This document shows positions 48,965 to 60,635 of a stretch of DNA of 64,000 nt, in pieces. Numbering within the stretch: the stretch's first letter is position 1; every line of letters starts with the position of its first letter. Below the pieces are notes generated by a model. That model saw only the letters and a list, made by a program, of their open reading frames with translations. It had not been told where the DNA came from and ran no database searches. Origin of the DNA: Massalongia carnosa (lineage: Eukaryota); assembly GCA_965645245.1 (NCBI GenBank), contig OZ287087.1, forward strand, positions 1,488,001 through 1,552,000, read 5' to 3'. The translations under genes were made by a program, and so were the position numbers.

Positions 48965-51900
48965 TCATTGACGCGCCGGCTGACTGTTCAGAATATGATA
49001 GAAGCTGGCCATAATGGACTCCGGTTGTTGTGTCTGCAATAGGCTGTTTCGCAATGGTCTTGACCCGAAGGGCACAAATCCCCTCCTCCCCGCTTCCTCG
49101 CCATTTCTCCACCTCCCCCAAACACCCTCAACCATTACCATCGGCGCCGCCGCCAGCAACCTCATCATCTCCTCATCATGCCCCGCGCGCGCAATCTGCG
49201 ACGCCGTAACGCCGTCCATATTCTGCACGCTCCGATCCACCCCCTTCTTCAACAGCACCCTTACCGCGCTCACCTTCCTCGCCTCAACAGCAGCAAAGAA
49301 CAACCTCTCCGTGTCGATCTTCTGCGTGTCGATAGAGGCACCGGCCTCGATCAGCGCTATCATGACTTCCAAGTGGCCGTTGGATTGCGCGAGCACGAGT
49401 GCTTCGTCATCCCAGCGGTCTTTGAGGTCAGGCTTCGCACCATGCGAGAGGAGGAGCCTAATGGCGCGCAGATTACCTTCGAGCGCGGCGACCATGAGCG
49501 GGCTACGCTGAACGTAGTTAAGCGCGTTGACTGGGAGGATGTGGGCTTCGAGAAGGAGACGCAGGATTTTCAGCTCGTTGGCTTCGATAGCGCAGTGGAG
49601 AGCGTTGTTTTCGCTGAATGGCTCTGTGGCGGTGAGGTCGAGGCTGCGAGTTTTGATGACTTCTGTTATAAGATCTGTGAGACATTGTCTTGCCATTGAC
49701 CATACAGGCAGCTGATTATCGTCTAAAACTGGTTCCCCTTTATTCTTGAGCTGGCCATCTTCGGTTTTCGAGAGTGTGCACATGATATCGGTGTGGCCGT
49801 ATTGCCATGCGACGATGCTAGGAGTTCTGCTGAATTTATCTGTTAGGGATGGATCAGCTCCTTTCTTCAGCAGGGTGGATAGGACTGCTAGAGATCCGTA
49901 TTGGCTCGCGAGATGCAATGGCGTCCGCCCAACTTTATCTCGAAGGTTTGGATCTAGTCTCTCTTCCAGTAGTAAACGAGCGATTTTATGGCGGCCGTTC
50001 TTGCTGGCACCATGGAGAAGGCTTTGTTCGTTTTCATCCACGCATTGAATATCTACACCGCAACTCATCATCTTCTCCACGGCCTCTTCAGCTCCCTCAT
50101 TGACAGCATGCAGAATGGCTGTGCCACCATGGCGATCTTTGAGATTGGGCCGAGCGTTATGCTGCAATAATAATTCAATGATCTTAACATGGTCTCTCTC
50201 CGCTGCACATCTTAAGGCAGATCGCCCTACTTTGAAATCTACAATGTCAATGGTAGCTCCCGCCGTCAACAAAAGATCGACGAGTTTTTCAAAGCCGTAT
50301 TTGGCAGCAAGGTAAAGCGCTGTCATGCCATTCACGTCTTGTTGGTCAATTCCGATACCCGAGAATTGGAGCAATTTCTCAACCATATCAAGGCGACCTG
50401 CCCGCGTAGCAAGCATCAGGGCTGTTCGATTGAACTCTTTCGTGTGGATCGCATTGATATCGAGATCAGGCGGCTGCTTATTTACGAGGAGTTCAACAAC
50501 GCCATAATGGTGACCTGATATAGCCTCGAACATAGCTGTTCTTCCTCTTGCGCTCACCTTCTGCGGCGAAGCACCTATGTTCAAGAGTTGACGGACAATC
50601 TCAACATGGCCTTTCCTGCACGCGTACATCAATGGCGTTTGACCGTATTTTAGCTCGATTACGTCCACAGAGCTCTTTTCCAGATCCAGTGCCGAAAATG
50701 CAAATGAAAGTCCATACCACGCACACACGTGCAACCTATCAACTTGCCTTCGTGTATCCCATGTATCATGTCCTCCTGCATTTGTAACCCAAGCTGCTTG
50801 CATACATGCATTTAAGCGCACAGAATCATTGATCAGCCGCAATGCAGCTGCTTGGATACCACCATCAGACTTCGAGTTGAACTGTGCATCGCGAATGTGA
50901 TCGCCCCAGTATTGTGAGGCATACTGCAGGAAAGGGTATTTTGCGTTCTTGGAGAAGAAGTATTTATCCTGTTGTGGTTCATGTGGGACCACGAGCCTCA
51001 GGTATGTAAGACATGCCTTGGCAATTTCGATATCGGCGTTCGGGAACCAATTGCTCTGGCTTTCTTCGAGGTAATCCTCCAAGGAACGATGAATGAGCCG
51101 TACTTCGCTTCCGTTGTTCTCTATGATGACGAGCCCGGACGTAACGTCAAGAATGACATTGGCTGGGTCAATGGCCAGAAGGATGTCAGTCTCAGTACCC
51201 CCCTCGTCACCAAAGTCCATCACCGCAAGGGCATGTTGCAACTCCTTCAGACTCAACGGACGACGTGCGCGAGCGACCAGGCCTAGAATCTTGTACGGTC
51301 GAGCGCGGTCATCTTTTTCCCGCGTCTGGATACGATGCATTGCGTCCTTGTGGATGTCGTTTATGTTGTCTGGGAATGTCTCCAAGGCTTTCTTCAACAT
51401 TCTCAGGTTTGATTTAGTTTTCAGTGAATCCATGTAACTTCTCGCGAAGAGGAATCGGCCGCTTGCTTTTTGGGCAACTGTGGAAACAATCTGCTCTGGC
51501 AGATCAGGATCGCTCTCACAGAGATCTTGAAATGGTGTTGTGTCGGGCCTGTCTGGTCCGGTCAAGCGCTCATCCCTGAGGAGTGCCTTGTTATTCCCTA
51601 GCTTTACACCGATCTCACATCTCACGTATTGCTTAATGTCTTCGTCGGGTATTTTCACAATAACCTGGATAGGGTCGTCTGGCTGGAGACTTACCTCAGT
51701 TAGCTGATGTGTATCGTCTGGACACCGGTGCCCCCGATTCTTGCAGTCAAGGCATATATCATAGTTGCCTTCATTGCAGATCTTACACCGGAAGTACAAT
51801 TTGAGGTCTTTTCCCTTGCATCTATCGCACCCGATACGGACTATTGCCTCGATCGGTCTCATCGTAATTGCCAAACTTAATTTTTCAGATCGTAGCTTTA

Positions 51901-53560
51901 AGAGCTCTCTCTTAAGAGCTATTCGTTCTCTTGACGCAAGTTCGTCGAATCCATCAACAATAAGATAGATTCGGTCGTACCGGTCAAGCTCCGCGACCAA
52001 AATCTTGCGAACATTGTCAAAGTAAGACTCTGGCTTAAGTTCTAAACGCGTCGTCATCTGATACAATTTCTTCAATTCGGCGGGTATGGGGTACAGTTCG
52101 TCAAGTTGGATCATCTGCTTGAGCAGGCTTCCCATCAGATTCGGTAAAGTCTGGGCGCTTGAAGCTTTGTAATCAAGGAACATAGAAAGAATCAGTGGCG
52201 GTCGTTGAGATTTCGTTGCAAGGTGATGCCTCAGGATACACGAGAGTACTGTTTTTCCCACTCCGGGTTCACCCACACACTGTAAGTACCTGGGGGGCCC
52301 TTCGGCCCAGTTCTTGAACCGCTGGTCTTGCCATAACCACTCGCCCGTTTTCTTGAAGCAGCCTGTGAAGAGTTCCTCATGCTTTGCAATGAACGAGAGA
52401 GGCGACAACCAAGCCAGGATATGCTTCCTTTCTTTCGCTGCCTCTTTCCTCGCTGCCTCTTTCCTCACTAATTGACGTCAGCAGCATGTTTCCGCCTTGA
52501 AAATCTTGAACTAACCATTCCTTATTTCGTCCAGAAGTTCAGTTGCCAGTGGCATATTAATGACCTGGATGGGCGTAACGAACTCAAGAAGTTCCTTCGC
52601 AACAGCTGCTGCTGCAAGAGCTGCATATGGCTGCCACTGGTAGTTTTTGTGCGAATCCGAATAATCTGCTCGGCCTAATTAGGAACAGAACGACCGAGCG
52701 TACGAGTACGATACCTTACCACAGATGCCTCGGATCACCAGACAAGGATGACTGTTTGTTATGCCTGCCGCCTCCATTTCGAAACAAAGGACGTTTCCGT
52801 TGAGCTTTTCACTGATCTCGTCTCGTCGAGTAGCATCTTTGACAACGGCATTTCCAGAAGCAATTAAACCATAGTGTATTTCTGTTTCACATGTCCGAGG
52901 CTCTCTATTGACTATTTTCGATCGATCGCAATCTCGACAATTCGTTGGACTGGCCTCGTGGTTGTAATCGGCCGGAAACAGGAGGTCTTCAAGGGTTTTG
53001 CGGTTCAAATATCTTGAGACGAAACATGGCGGTTCTTGCAATCGAATTTCTTCCAGGATAGAGAGGAAACGTGTATCATGACCAAGCCTCTCATGTTGCG
53101 CTCTCAACTTCTTGACGGCTGCAAGAAGCACCTCTGGAGGTTTGTTCAATGCGCCGATTCGCTCGAAGTTGTCTGGTTGCGCTTTGCCCAAGTCCCATTG
53201 TATTACTCCGGGATATTCATATACCGGAGTGCTGATCACCACATCGCCCAGTCTGACTGTCGGTGGCACTCCACCGCCGACGCCGACCATCAACCAGAAC
53301 TTAACCGATGGGAAAGTGCTGGTCATGCGAGTAGCAACGGTCGCCGCTGGATTATTGCCAAGGTCTCCTTCCGGAAGGCATGCTATTGCAATATTATGGT
53401 CAGCAATAGACCCAAGAGTGTAGGCATTTAGGTCGCTGGGGGGGTTCTGAAGTTCTGGATGTTTCATATCTAATATGGCCGTGGCCGCCGCCAGCTCCTC
53501 CTTCAATGCACAGACCCATCCTACCGAGTAGTCTTGATGGGTCAGCCGTCTAGGAGTCAT
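48965..53560 (-). CDS. Fungal NLR-like protein: PNP_UDP_1 - NACHT with integrated ZZ zinc finger - ankyrin repeats; appears intact
   Basis: ATG 53560; [38 protein letters not shown]; two introns; Walker A GEPGVGKT, Walker B VDGFDE; CDRC..YFRCKIC..YDICLDC..H; >12 degenerate ANK repeats. Confidence 0.92.
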
Positions 53561-54468
53561 GGCGAAGAGAGGAGATTGATGTCGATTGGCATGGGCAGCG
53601 GTCCACATGAATAAATTTCTGAGCAACCAGGCGAACAGCAAGTCGAGGTGAGGCTACCATCTGAGTGTGGATTAAAATCCTTATGATGTCCCGTCGAAGG
53701 CAAAGGCGCAAGGCTGCCTCGACCGGGTTGAGCTTGTTGAGCCTCACCAGCATCGCTGCTACCCGCCGTTTCAAGGGATCACTCGAACACTCCCTCATTG
53801 GTCTATTGCAAAATGATTCGCCGATCAGGCAAAACCTCGCAGCTCGTTTGATTGCCTTGTTGAGCAACGAGATGAGTATGCACACATGGTCCATCTACGA
53901 AGTGCAATGGGAGGTGGAAGGCACATGGGAGGATCTGCAGAAGGTACGGCCGAGGGTTTCTATTTGCCGCCGCTTTCAACATGGCTAATGGGCTATCGAG
54001 GGATTCGTTCGGAAATGATGTCGCGTATTCAGTTCCATAGTGCTCCTCAATCGGCACCTTTCTCGCCCCAAGATCAAGGCAGACTGCGTGCCTCAGAAGA
54101 ACCAGTTGTAAAAGACCTGGCACAGCCGGTGGATTGAGAGATGATTCTGTCGCATGTCAGTCAGGCTGGTTATTCTACCTCGAGGCCTTCATGGGCACAC
54201 TAAAATGGAGCCTTCTAGGCCTTGCCAAGACCCCGTGGAGCTAACCATTCTGGGTATCAAAGAGGAGCGGCAGCTACCGGCGATCTGCCGGCACGCTCGG
54301 TTTGAGAGAGAGGCGTCGGAAATGACGATGAGCCCGTTACGCGATTGGGTGCCCTCTCAGTCTCTCACCGACTCTTCGAAATGCGTGTCTGCTTTTCCGC
54401 AGTCTTTCACAGCCTCGTATGCTTTGCAGGCTGCAGCTTGCTGCAGGTCTGCCCAATTGCCTTATATA
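51629..54468. repeat. Right arm of a ~3-kb inverted segmental duplication (left arm 22118-22317 plus 40233-43002)
   Basis: Reverse-complement similarity across the NLR 5' half and ~900 bp of upstream DNA; the left arm is split at one TA by 18 kb of transposons. Confidence 0.93.
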
Positions 54469-56777
54469 CTGATACCGCCCGCTCAAAAGTCTCGAAAACT
54501 GTCGCGTCTCGGAGTTTTCATGAAATAGTCTACAGTCTACACTACCATATCTGCATAACGTTACCTAATGGTTACGGTTGTATCCTTGTGTAACGTTGGG
54601 TAATGTTTTCTATCAATGTTTTACCACCATGAGGGGATAGATAACGTTACATAATGATGAGGAGCATAATTGGGTAACATTACTCAACAATCGGGTAACC
54701 ATTACCTCATTTAACGTATAATTATGACTCAAGATACATTAAAACTTAGTTTGGAGCTTGCGACTCAATATTACAGGCTCACTGCCGCCGCCGCCAAATC
54801 TGCATCCTGAATCAAAATCGAAAAAACTTGTATATAATCTGTCTCGAGGATATCTAATGGTTAGGCTTTCTCGTATAGACCATGATACCCAGATCACATT
54901 ATCTTCATATATAAAACCTGTACAGTCTATATCTGCCCGGCCCTTCCCCCCTTCCTTTCTTTGAGCTCAGTCCGACCGATCAAGAAACAACCGTCCAGTG
55001 GATCAATTCCTAGCCTAGAACAACTCAACTCGCCTTATTCAGAAGAATTATCGTTATCTTTATCCTCTGCCAACGGTGTTGTATTATTCGAATCTAAAGC
55101 AGTATCGAGAGTGGGATTTTGAGCCAAAGTTAAGCCGTCACTTAGAGACGCAAGACCATACTCTAATACGTCAGGAGTATAAAAGTCCCTGTTCAAATTA
55201 GTTCATGAAGAAACTCTACCACAGAAAAGATAAGAGTTATTCAGTTTGACGTACCAGTCTGCGTCTATATTCATCAAAATCTTATCAACCGGGAACCAGA
55301 AACTTCCTTCTTTCTTTTCCATCTGCTCAAGAATAACATATCTCTATCATTCATTGATATTAGCTTTTGCAATAAAAAAGATGCAAGACAACAATATAAA
55401 GTGAAGCCTACCTAACAAGCTGCTGCTTCCAACAAAGACATATCATTGTCCACATGTTTGGTCTCCGAGTCCACTTCTGACCTTAGGCATTGGGCAAAAT
55501 CCGCAAGAGGTTTATCGACAACATCTTGACACTTGAGGAGTCGTTCCTTTAGTTTAGCCTTTTCCTCTATGCGGACTTTCCCCACTGAAGCGACAGCGTT
55601 GTCTAGAAGTATTAGGTCGGAAGGAAAATGACCTCGTAATGAGGTCTTAACGATAGTATTAGCTATGGAATACCAAACGAGCCTGACGATAACGTACTAA
55701 AACTTTGCTTGGGATCGCTCCATGTGCTTTTTTTGTATCGTTCCAAAGTAAAGCGTCGGCGTATTATGGGTCTGATATCTGCAAACATGAGCCACAAGTA
55801 TTATGCTGAAAGATTACACAAACCGCCCGTAGCTCTGTGGCATATTTTGTAGATTTGGCTTCCTTTTTAATCCGTGTGATCTCCTTCCTATTTTGCAACT
55901 GAAGCTTGTATATAGATGCTAGTTGATACCCCGTGGAACTCTAATATGTATCTTTAAAAAGCATGTTCTAAATAAAACATGAGACATTGACGTATGCGAT
56001 TACATACATATTAAGAGAGGGAACGAGTTCATGCCATACCTTGATAAAAGTTTCGACATGGTCGTGATCCAAAGGATCTTCCCGTTGAATCGATCGAAAG
56101 ATAGCGGCTTGCTCTGATGTAAATACAGGACCTTGCGTAGCAAGCGGTAATCGCGTAGAGTCGGTTGCTGATCGAGGATGCGGGTTATTTGAAAACGACG
56201 ATGACGGCGTATTACCCAGAGAAGTGCCTTTAACAATTTAATTAGAATGGTAAATTACTTATATCAACATGGAAATGATTCTTGCCAGGGCTAGGTCCCA
56301 TGCGGATGTACCGGTCTCCAAAGAAGCTGAAGGGTCTCCATTTCGCATTGAAGGTGCCGTATTTGAAAGCTCTAGATTTTTCAAGCTAGCATGAGTCTAA
56401 ATAGTCAAAGATCAATATATGATAATGGCTGAACAAACCATTAGGTCATGTTATGATTTCCTACCGCATCAGAAACACCACCTGCTTGGCATCTGCACCA
56501 GCCACATGTAATATTATTTATATCATATCGTAGAAGCATAGTCTGTACGGACTAAGAGACAGGGACATTCATGGGCGCAAATTGCCAGCGTAGATACCAA
56601 GCAGGTGAGAGCTAGATATTTTTGATGTGGAAGGCAATTACGATACTCGTATTCACCCCCATTTGCAACACACCCCCATTTGCAACACGCTAGTTAGTAA
56701 GCACCCGCATTAAAGTCCGCTAACTCCGGTATATCAAATTTTTTTCATTTCTCCCTCTTCTATCTGCATTGTCAACT

Positions 56778-57265
56778 TGTCATGGAATTACCTCGCACCC
56801 TCCCAGGTTTCCTGATCGGGTTAGTATTTAACAGGCTCTCTTGCCGTGAAACCTGCCCTGCATGTTGAATAGAACCGTGGCTCGTTATTCCGAACTATCC
56901 TGAAAACCTCACCCCATGTGTTCAGACCTTCTTCCGCTGCCTTCAGTGCACTCCCAAACTCCTACATCCCGAATCCAATCTCAACGTCTCTACTATCCAA
57001 GCCTACGACTGGGATTGCCCAGCAGAGAGAGATTGCTTCGGCATAGAGAAAGGCGGAACAGGTCAAAGCGATCATGGTTAGGAACTTAGAACGAACAGAG
57101 ATGAGGGCAAGTCAAGAATAGGGGAGTTGGAAGCCATGGCTATAAAACCTATGTGGTTTCTCAGGTGTTTGGAGCTCTTCGTCGGACGTCTTGTATACTA
57201 TCCCTAGACCTAGCTTTCTAATAGTAACTCTTGCATATCTCCCTATCTGCACCTTGTCCGTGACA
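56778..57265. mobile_element. Solo LTR (same family as 23012-23501)
   Basis: tgtca...tgaca ends, TSD caact. Confidence 0.92.
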
Positions 57266-57283
57266 CAACTCAATTAATTCATT

Positions 57284-59128
57284 ATGAACTCAGCAGACGA
57301 ACTGCCCAAAGAGGAGCGCATTCAGCTTGCTATTGCTGCTTATAGAGAATCATTTAATGACTGGGAAGCCGGTCCCAAAGCTTTCGAAGACAAGCCATCC
57401 GTTCGAAAAATCGCCCGTAAGCATGGTATCATTCATTCCACCCTTACTAGACGACTTGCAGAAACGAAAACTCATAAAGAAGCTGCTCTATTGCAGCAGC
57501 GATTACTTCCGGAGGAGGAATTCGCTCTCGTGGACTGGACAATACAAATGGAGGCATGGGGCTGGCCTCCTCGTGTAACACAACTTCGCTTCATGGCGTT
57601 AGAAATGCTGATAAAGCGAGACGATCGCAACGATTTGGGTATCAATTGGGTGAGCAAATTTTTATCCCGTCATAAAGAGTTGGATACTGTGTTTTGTCAG
57701 GCATTGGATAAGGAAAGAGCTTTAATGCATAATGCGGAAATGCTCAATCAATGGTTTCAGCTGTACGCAAAGAATTTTAATCAATACAAATTCAATGAGG
57801 AGGACTGCTACAATATGGATGAAAAAGGATTTGCTATGGGACTAGTGGGCAAGCTCAGAGTAATTTGCTCTAAGCATGATCGACCAGCATTATTGACTCA
57901 TTGCGGTAATAGAGAATGGGTTTCTCTGATCGAATGTGTATCTGCTGATGGAGCGGTTCTTAAACCATGGGTTATTTTCAAAGGTAAACAACAGCAAAAG
58001 GCCTGGCGTTCATTTATCAAAGAAGGTGGTCACATTGCTCTGAGTGAGAATGGATGGACAAACAATGAAATCCGTCTGGATTGGTTAAAGCAGTGTTTTG
58101 AACCGGAAACACGATGGCGTTTGAAAGGTCACTATCGTCTTCTTATTCTCGATGGACATGCTTCTCATCTTACTTCAGAAGCGATTCAGGTTTGTAAGGA
58201 AAAAGACATCATTGTTTTATGTCTTCCTTCTCATTCAACGGACATGCTTCAGCTTTTAGACGTTGGTGTTTTTCATCCATTGTCTACGGCCTATCGGGTG
58301 GAACTGGAGAAGTATACTAGACTAGGAGTTGGTTATTCAATTGATAAAGCAGACTTTCTGCTTCTTTATCAAAAGGCTCGAAACAGAGCTTTATCCACTC
58401 AAAATATTCAGCATGCCTGGTCCAAAAGTGGGTTGTTTCCATTCAATCCTGCTATAGTTCTTCAAAAACTTCCTAGTCCACCTCATCCTTCTATGCCTCC
58501 GAAAATGACAGTCACGAGTTCAAATGATGTCTCTGTTTCAGTGGCATTTACTCCAGCAAATGCTGATCAAGTCAATACTTTGATGGAGCAATTGACTGAC
58601 AATGACTCAAATCAATTGATTCTCGACAAGCTTGGAAAGGCCTGCAAATCCGCGTTGGCAAGCAGTCATCTTCTCAGGGTTACAAACGAAGAACTTCTTG
58701 TAGCTGCTCGTCGTAAACACGAAAGAGCAAATCGAGCGAAGGGACATTATGGTACTGCTAGAATCATGAATTCGGAGGTTCTCGAGGAACGAGAGCAAAA
58801 GCTAGCTAGCAAAGAAAAGGAAAAGATTGATAAACAAATGACCAAAGAGTTCAATCTTTTGGTGAAATCTTTCAACAAACTCAGTCCCGATTTATTCATG
58901 GAGTCAAAACAACGCAGTCCCGTTAAGAAAGCTCTTCAAAGGCCTCCGATGCTTCCTCCGCCTTCGGGTTCAATCATACTTCTATCGCCTAGTCCTATCA
59001 AGAAGCGATCAAGAGGAAATTCATTGTCAAAAAAGACTTTCATGATTGGGCCGGAGGCGAATAGAATGAAAGAAATGCGCATCAGTCGAAGTGGTAGGAC
59101 AATAAAGCCGTCGCAAAGGCTTGATTAA
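57284..59128 (+). CDS. Fot1/pogo DDE transposase, uninterrupted 614-aa ORF
   Basis: HTH region, YNMDEKGF, SENGWT, LILDGHASH, LQLLDVGVF. Confidence 0.92.
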   Translation: MNSADELPKEERIQLAIAAYRESFNDWEAGPKAFEDKPSVRKIARKHGIIHSTLTRRLAETKTHKEAALLQQRLLPEEEFALVDWTIQMEAWGWPPRVTQLRFMALEMLIKRDDRNDLGINWVSKFLSRHKELDTVFCQALDKERALMHNAEMLNQWFQLYAKNFNQYKFNEEDCYNMDEKGFAMGLVGKLRVICSKHDRPALLTHCGNREWVSLIECVSADGAVLKPWVIFKGKQQQKAWRSFIKEGGHIALSENGWTNNEIRLDWLKQCFEPETRWRLKGHYRLLILDGHASHLTSEAIQVCKEKDIIVLCLPSHSTDMLQLLDVGVFHPLSTAYRVELEKYTRLGVGYSIDKADFLLLYQKARNRALSTQNIQHAWSKSGLFPFNPAIVLQKLPSPPHPSMPPKMTVTSSNDVSVSVAFTPANADQVNTLMEQLTDNDSNQLILDKLGKACKSALASSHLLRVTNEELLVAARRKHERANRAKGHYGTARIMNSEVLEEREQKLASKEKEKIDKQMTKEFNLLVKSFNKLSPDLFMESKQRSPVKKALQRPPMLPPPSGSIILLSPSPIKKRSRGNSLSKKTFMIGPEANRMKEMRISRSGRTIKPSQRLD

Positions 59129-60635
59129 AGAACTAGAAACTCGCCTCGTACGCATGATCCTCCTCCTCCTAGCCAATAAAAAGTCTCTGTACGTATAAAT
59201 AGTCCTTTCACAAGTTCATTTGCCCTGAGTTTATCTGTCAAATGATGTTGATGGGACTTCAGGACCTATCCTAAAAAAATTCCCTCCGATCCAACACAAG
59301 CAACGCCTTCTTGATTAACAGTATCGCTTTTTCGAAGCTCAAACTGGAAGACCTCGTTGATTAGAGGATATCGATTGGTCAAGGGAAAGTTATTAGGACA
59401 GTCTGCTGCTGTCAGACAGCTGAAAAGTGGGGTGGAAAAGGAGGGGGAGTGAAAAGATGAGGTTTAAACGTACATACAAAGCTCAATTCCAGTTCTTTTG
59501 ATGCAGCAATTGGGTTATATTTAAGGTCAATAAATGTTCAGATTATTCCGAACCGACTTCATCAGTTGGCTTGCAATTACTAGCAATTTTGGTGGCATGC
59601 GAAGCTGAAAGGTAAAGGTTTTTCGGCTTTTGGTGGGGTGCTTACTAACTAGCGTGTTGCAAATGGGGGTGTGTTGCAAATGGGGGTGAATACGAGTATG
59701 ACCTGGTCGGAATAGATCTTACCGCTTTTCGCTTATGAATATTGGGAGGAGCCATTGTTGATTGAGTGTAAAGAGAGAAACAAATGATGAAAGAGATGGA
59801 AGATAGAAGAGGTTGTGAAGAGGGAAGAGGTTGCGAGAGATGGAAGGATGAGAAAGCAAGGAGAATATTTTCTTCAAGACAGGATCTGGGAAATTAAAAG
59901 AAAATTAACAAACAAAACAATAGCGCGTTCTGGCTTGTCAATGTTTGCTTACTAACCTCTCGCTCGGGTACGATATTATTGACTTAAACTCAAAGTTGGG
60001 TAATCATTACCCAAGGTGACGGTGCTGTAACGTTGGGTAATATGGGATGTTAAACTTAAAGTTGAGTAACCATTACCCACATCATTACCCAAGGCGACGG
60101 TGCTGTAACGTTGGGTAATATTGGACGTTAAACTTAAAGTTGGGTAATTATTACCCACATCATTACCCAAGGTGACCCGTGCTATAATGTTGGGTAATAT
60201 GCTGGTAGTGTAGGTGTTTTCGACATGACTGCAAATTAGGTGGCTGATCAGCTCTATGAGCCGGCTAAGCCCCTCCGGGTTAGCCTATTTCGCTAAGCCC
60301 CTTCGGGTTAGCGGCCCTTTAGCTGACTACGCATGCTACGGGCGGCACGTCTGAGCGCAAAACTCTGTATTTTTGTCAGATCCGGCTTATTTTGGTGCGC
60401 GCTCATACAAATTTTTGGCTTAACCTCAAAAATCATCAAGAATCAAGTTGACGGCGGAATCAACAACGCGCAACGACATTTCAAAATGATGCTTTGATAT
60501 ACATTCTATCGATTAATCAATATTTTAATTATATATCGATGCAGAATTGAGTCGCAATATCGATCTCGCGACGAGGACTCGACTTTTGTCACGATAATAT
60601 AATATAGCATGCTTTCGTACTCTAACACTTGCTTA

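Larger units (their letters stand above)
56646..59696 (+). mobile_element. Fot1/pogo DNA transposon C
   Basis: ~60-bp TIRs ctcgtattcacccccatttgcaacac... with an internal direct repeat; TA TSD. Confidence 0.95.
54540..60210. mobile_element. Putative CACTA/EnSpm-like element with sub-terminal repeats
   Basis: Ends cactacca / tggtagtg, each flanked by TA; many taacgttgggtaa / ttaccca motifs at 54555-54710 and 59990-60200; no transposase recognised. Confidence 0.6.

Noticed and set aside
53550..54593. Small ORFs upstream of both NLR copies (also 40262-40963, 22079-22270)
   Set aside because: Indels between the two arms break the frames differently; consistent with duplicated non-coding DNA.
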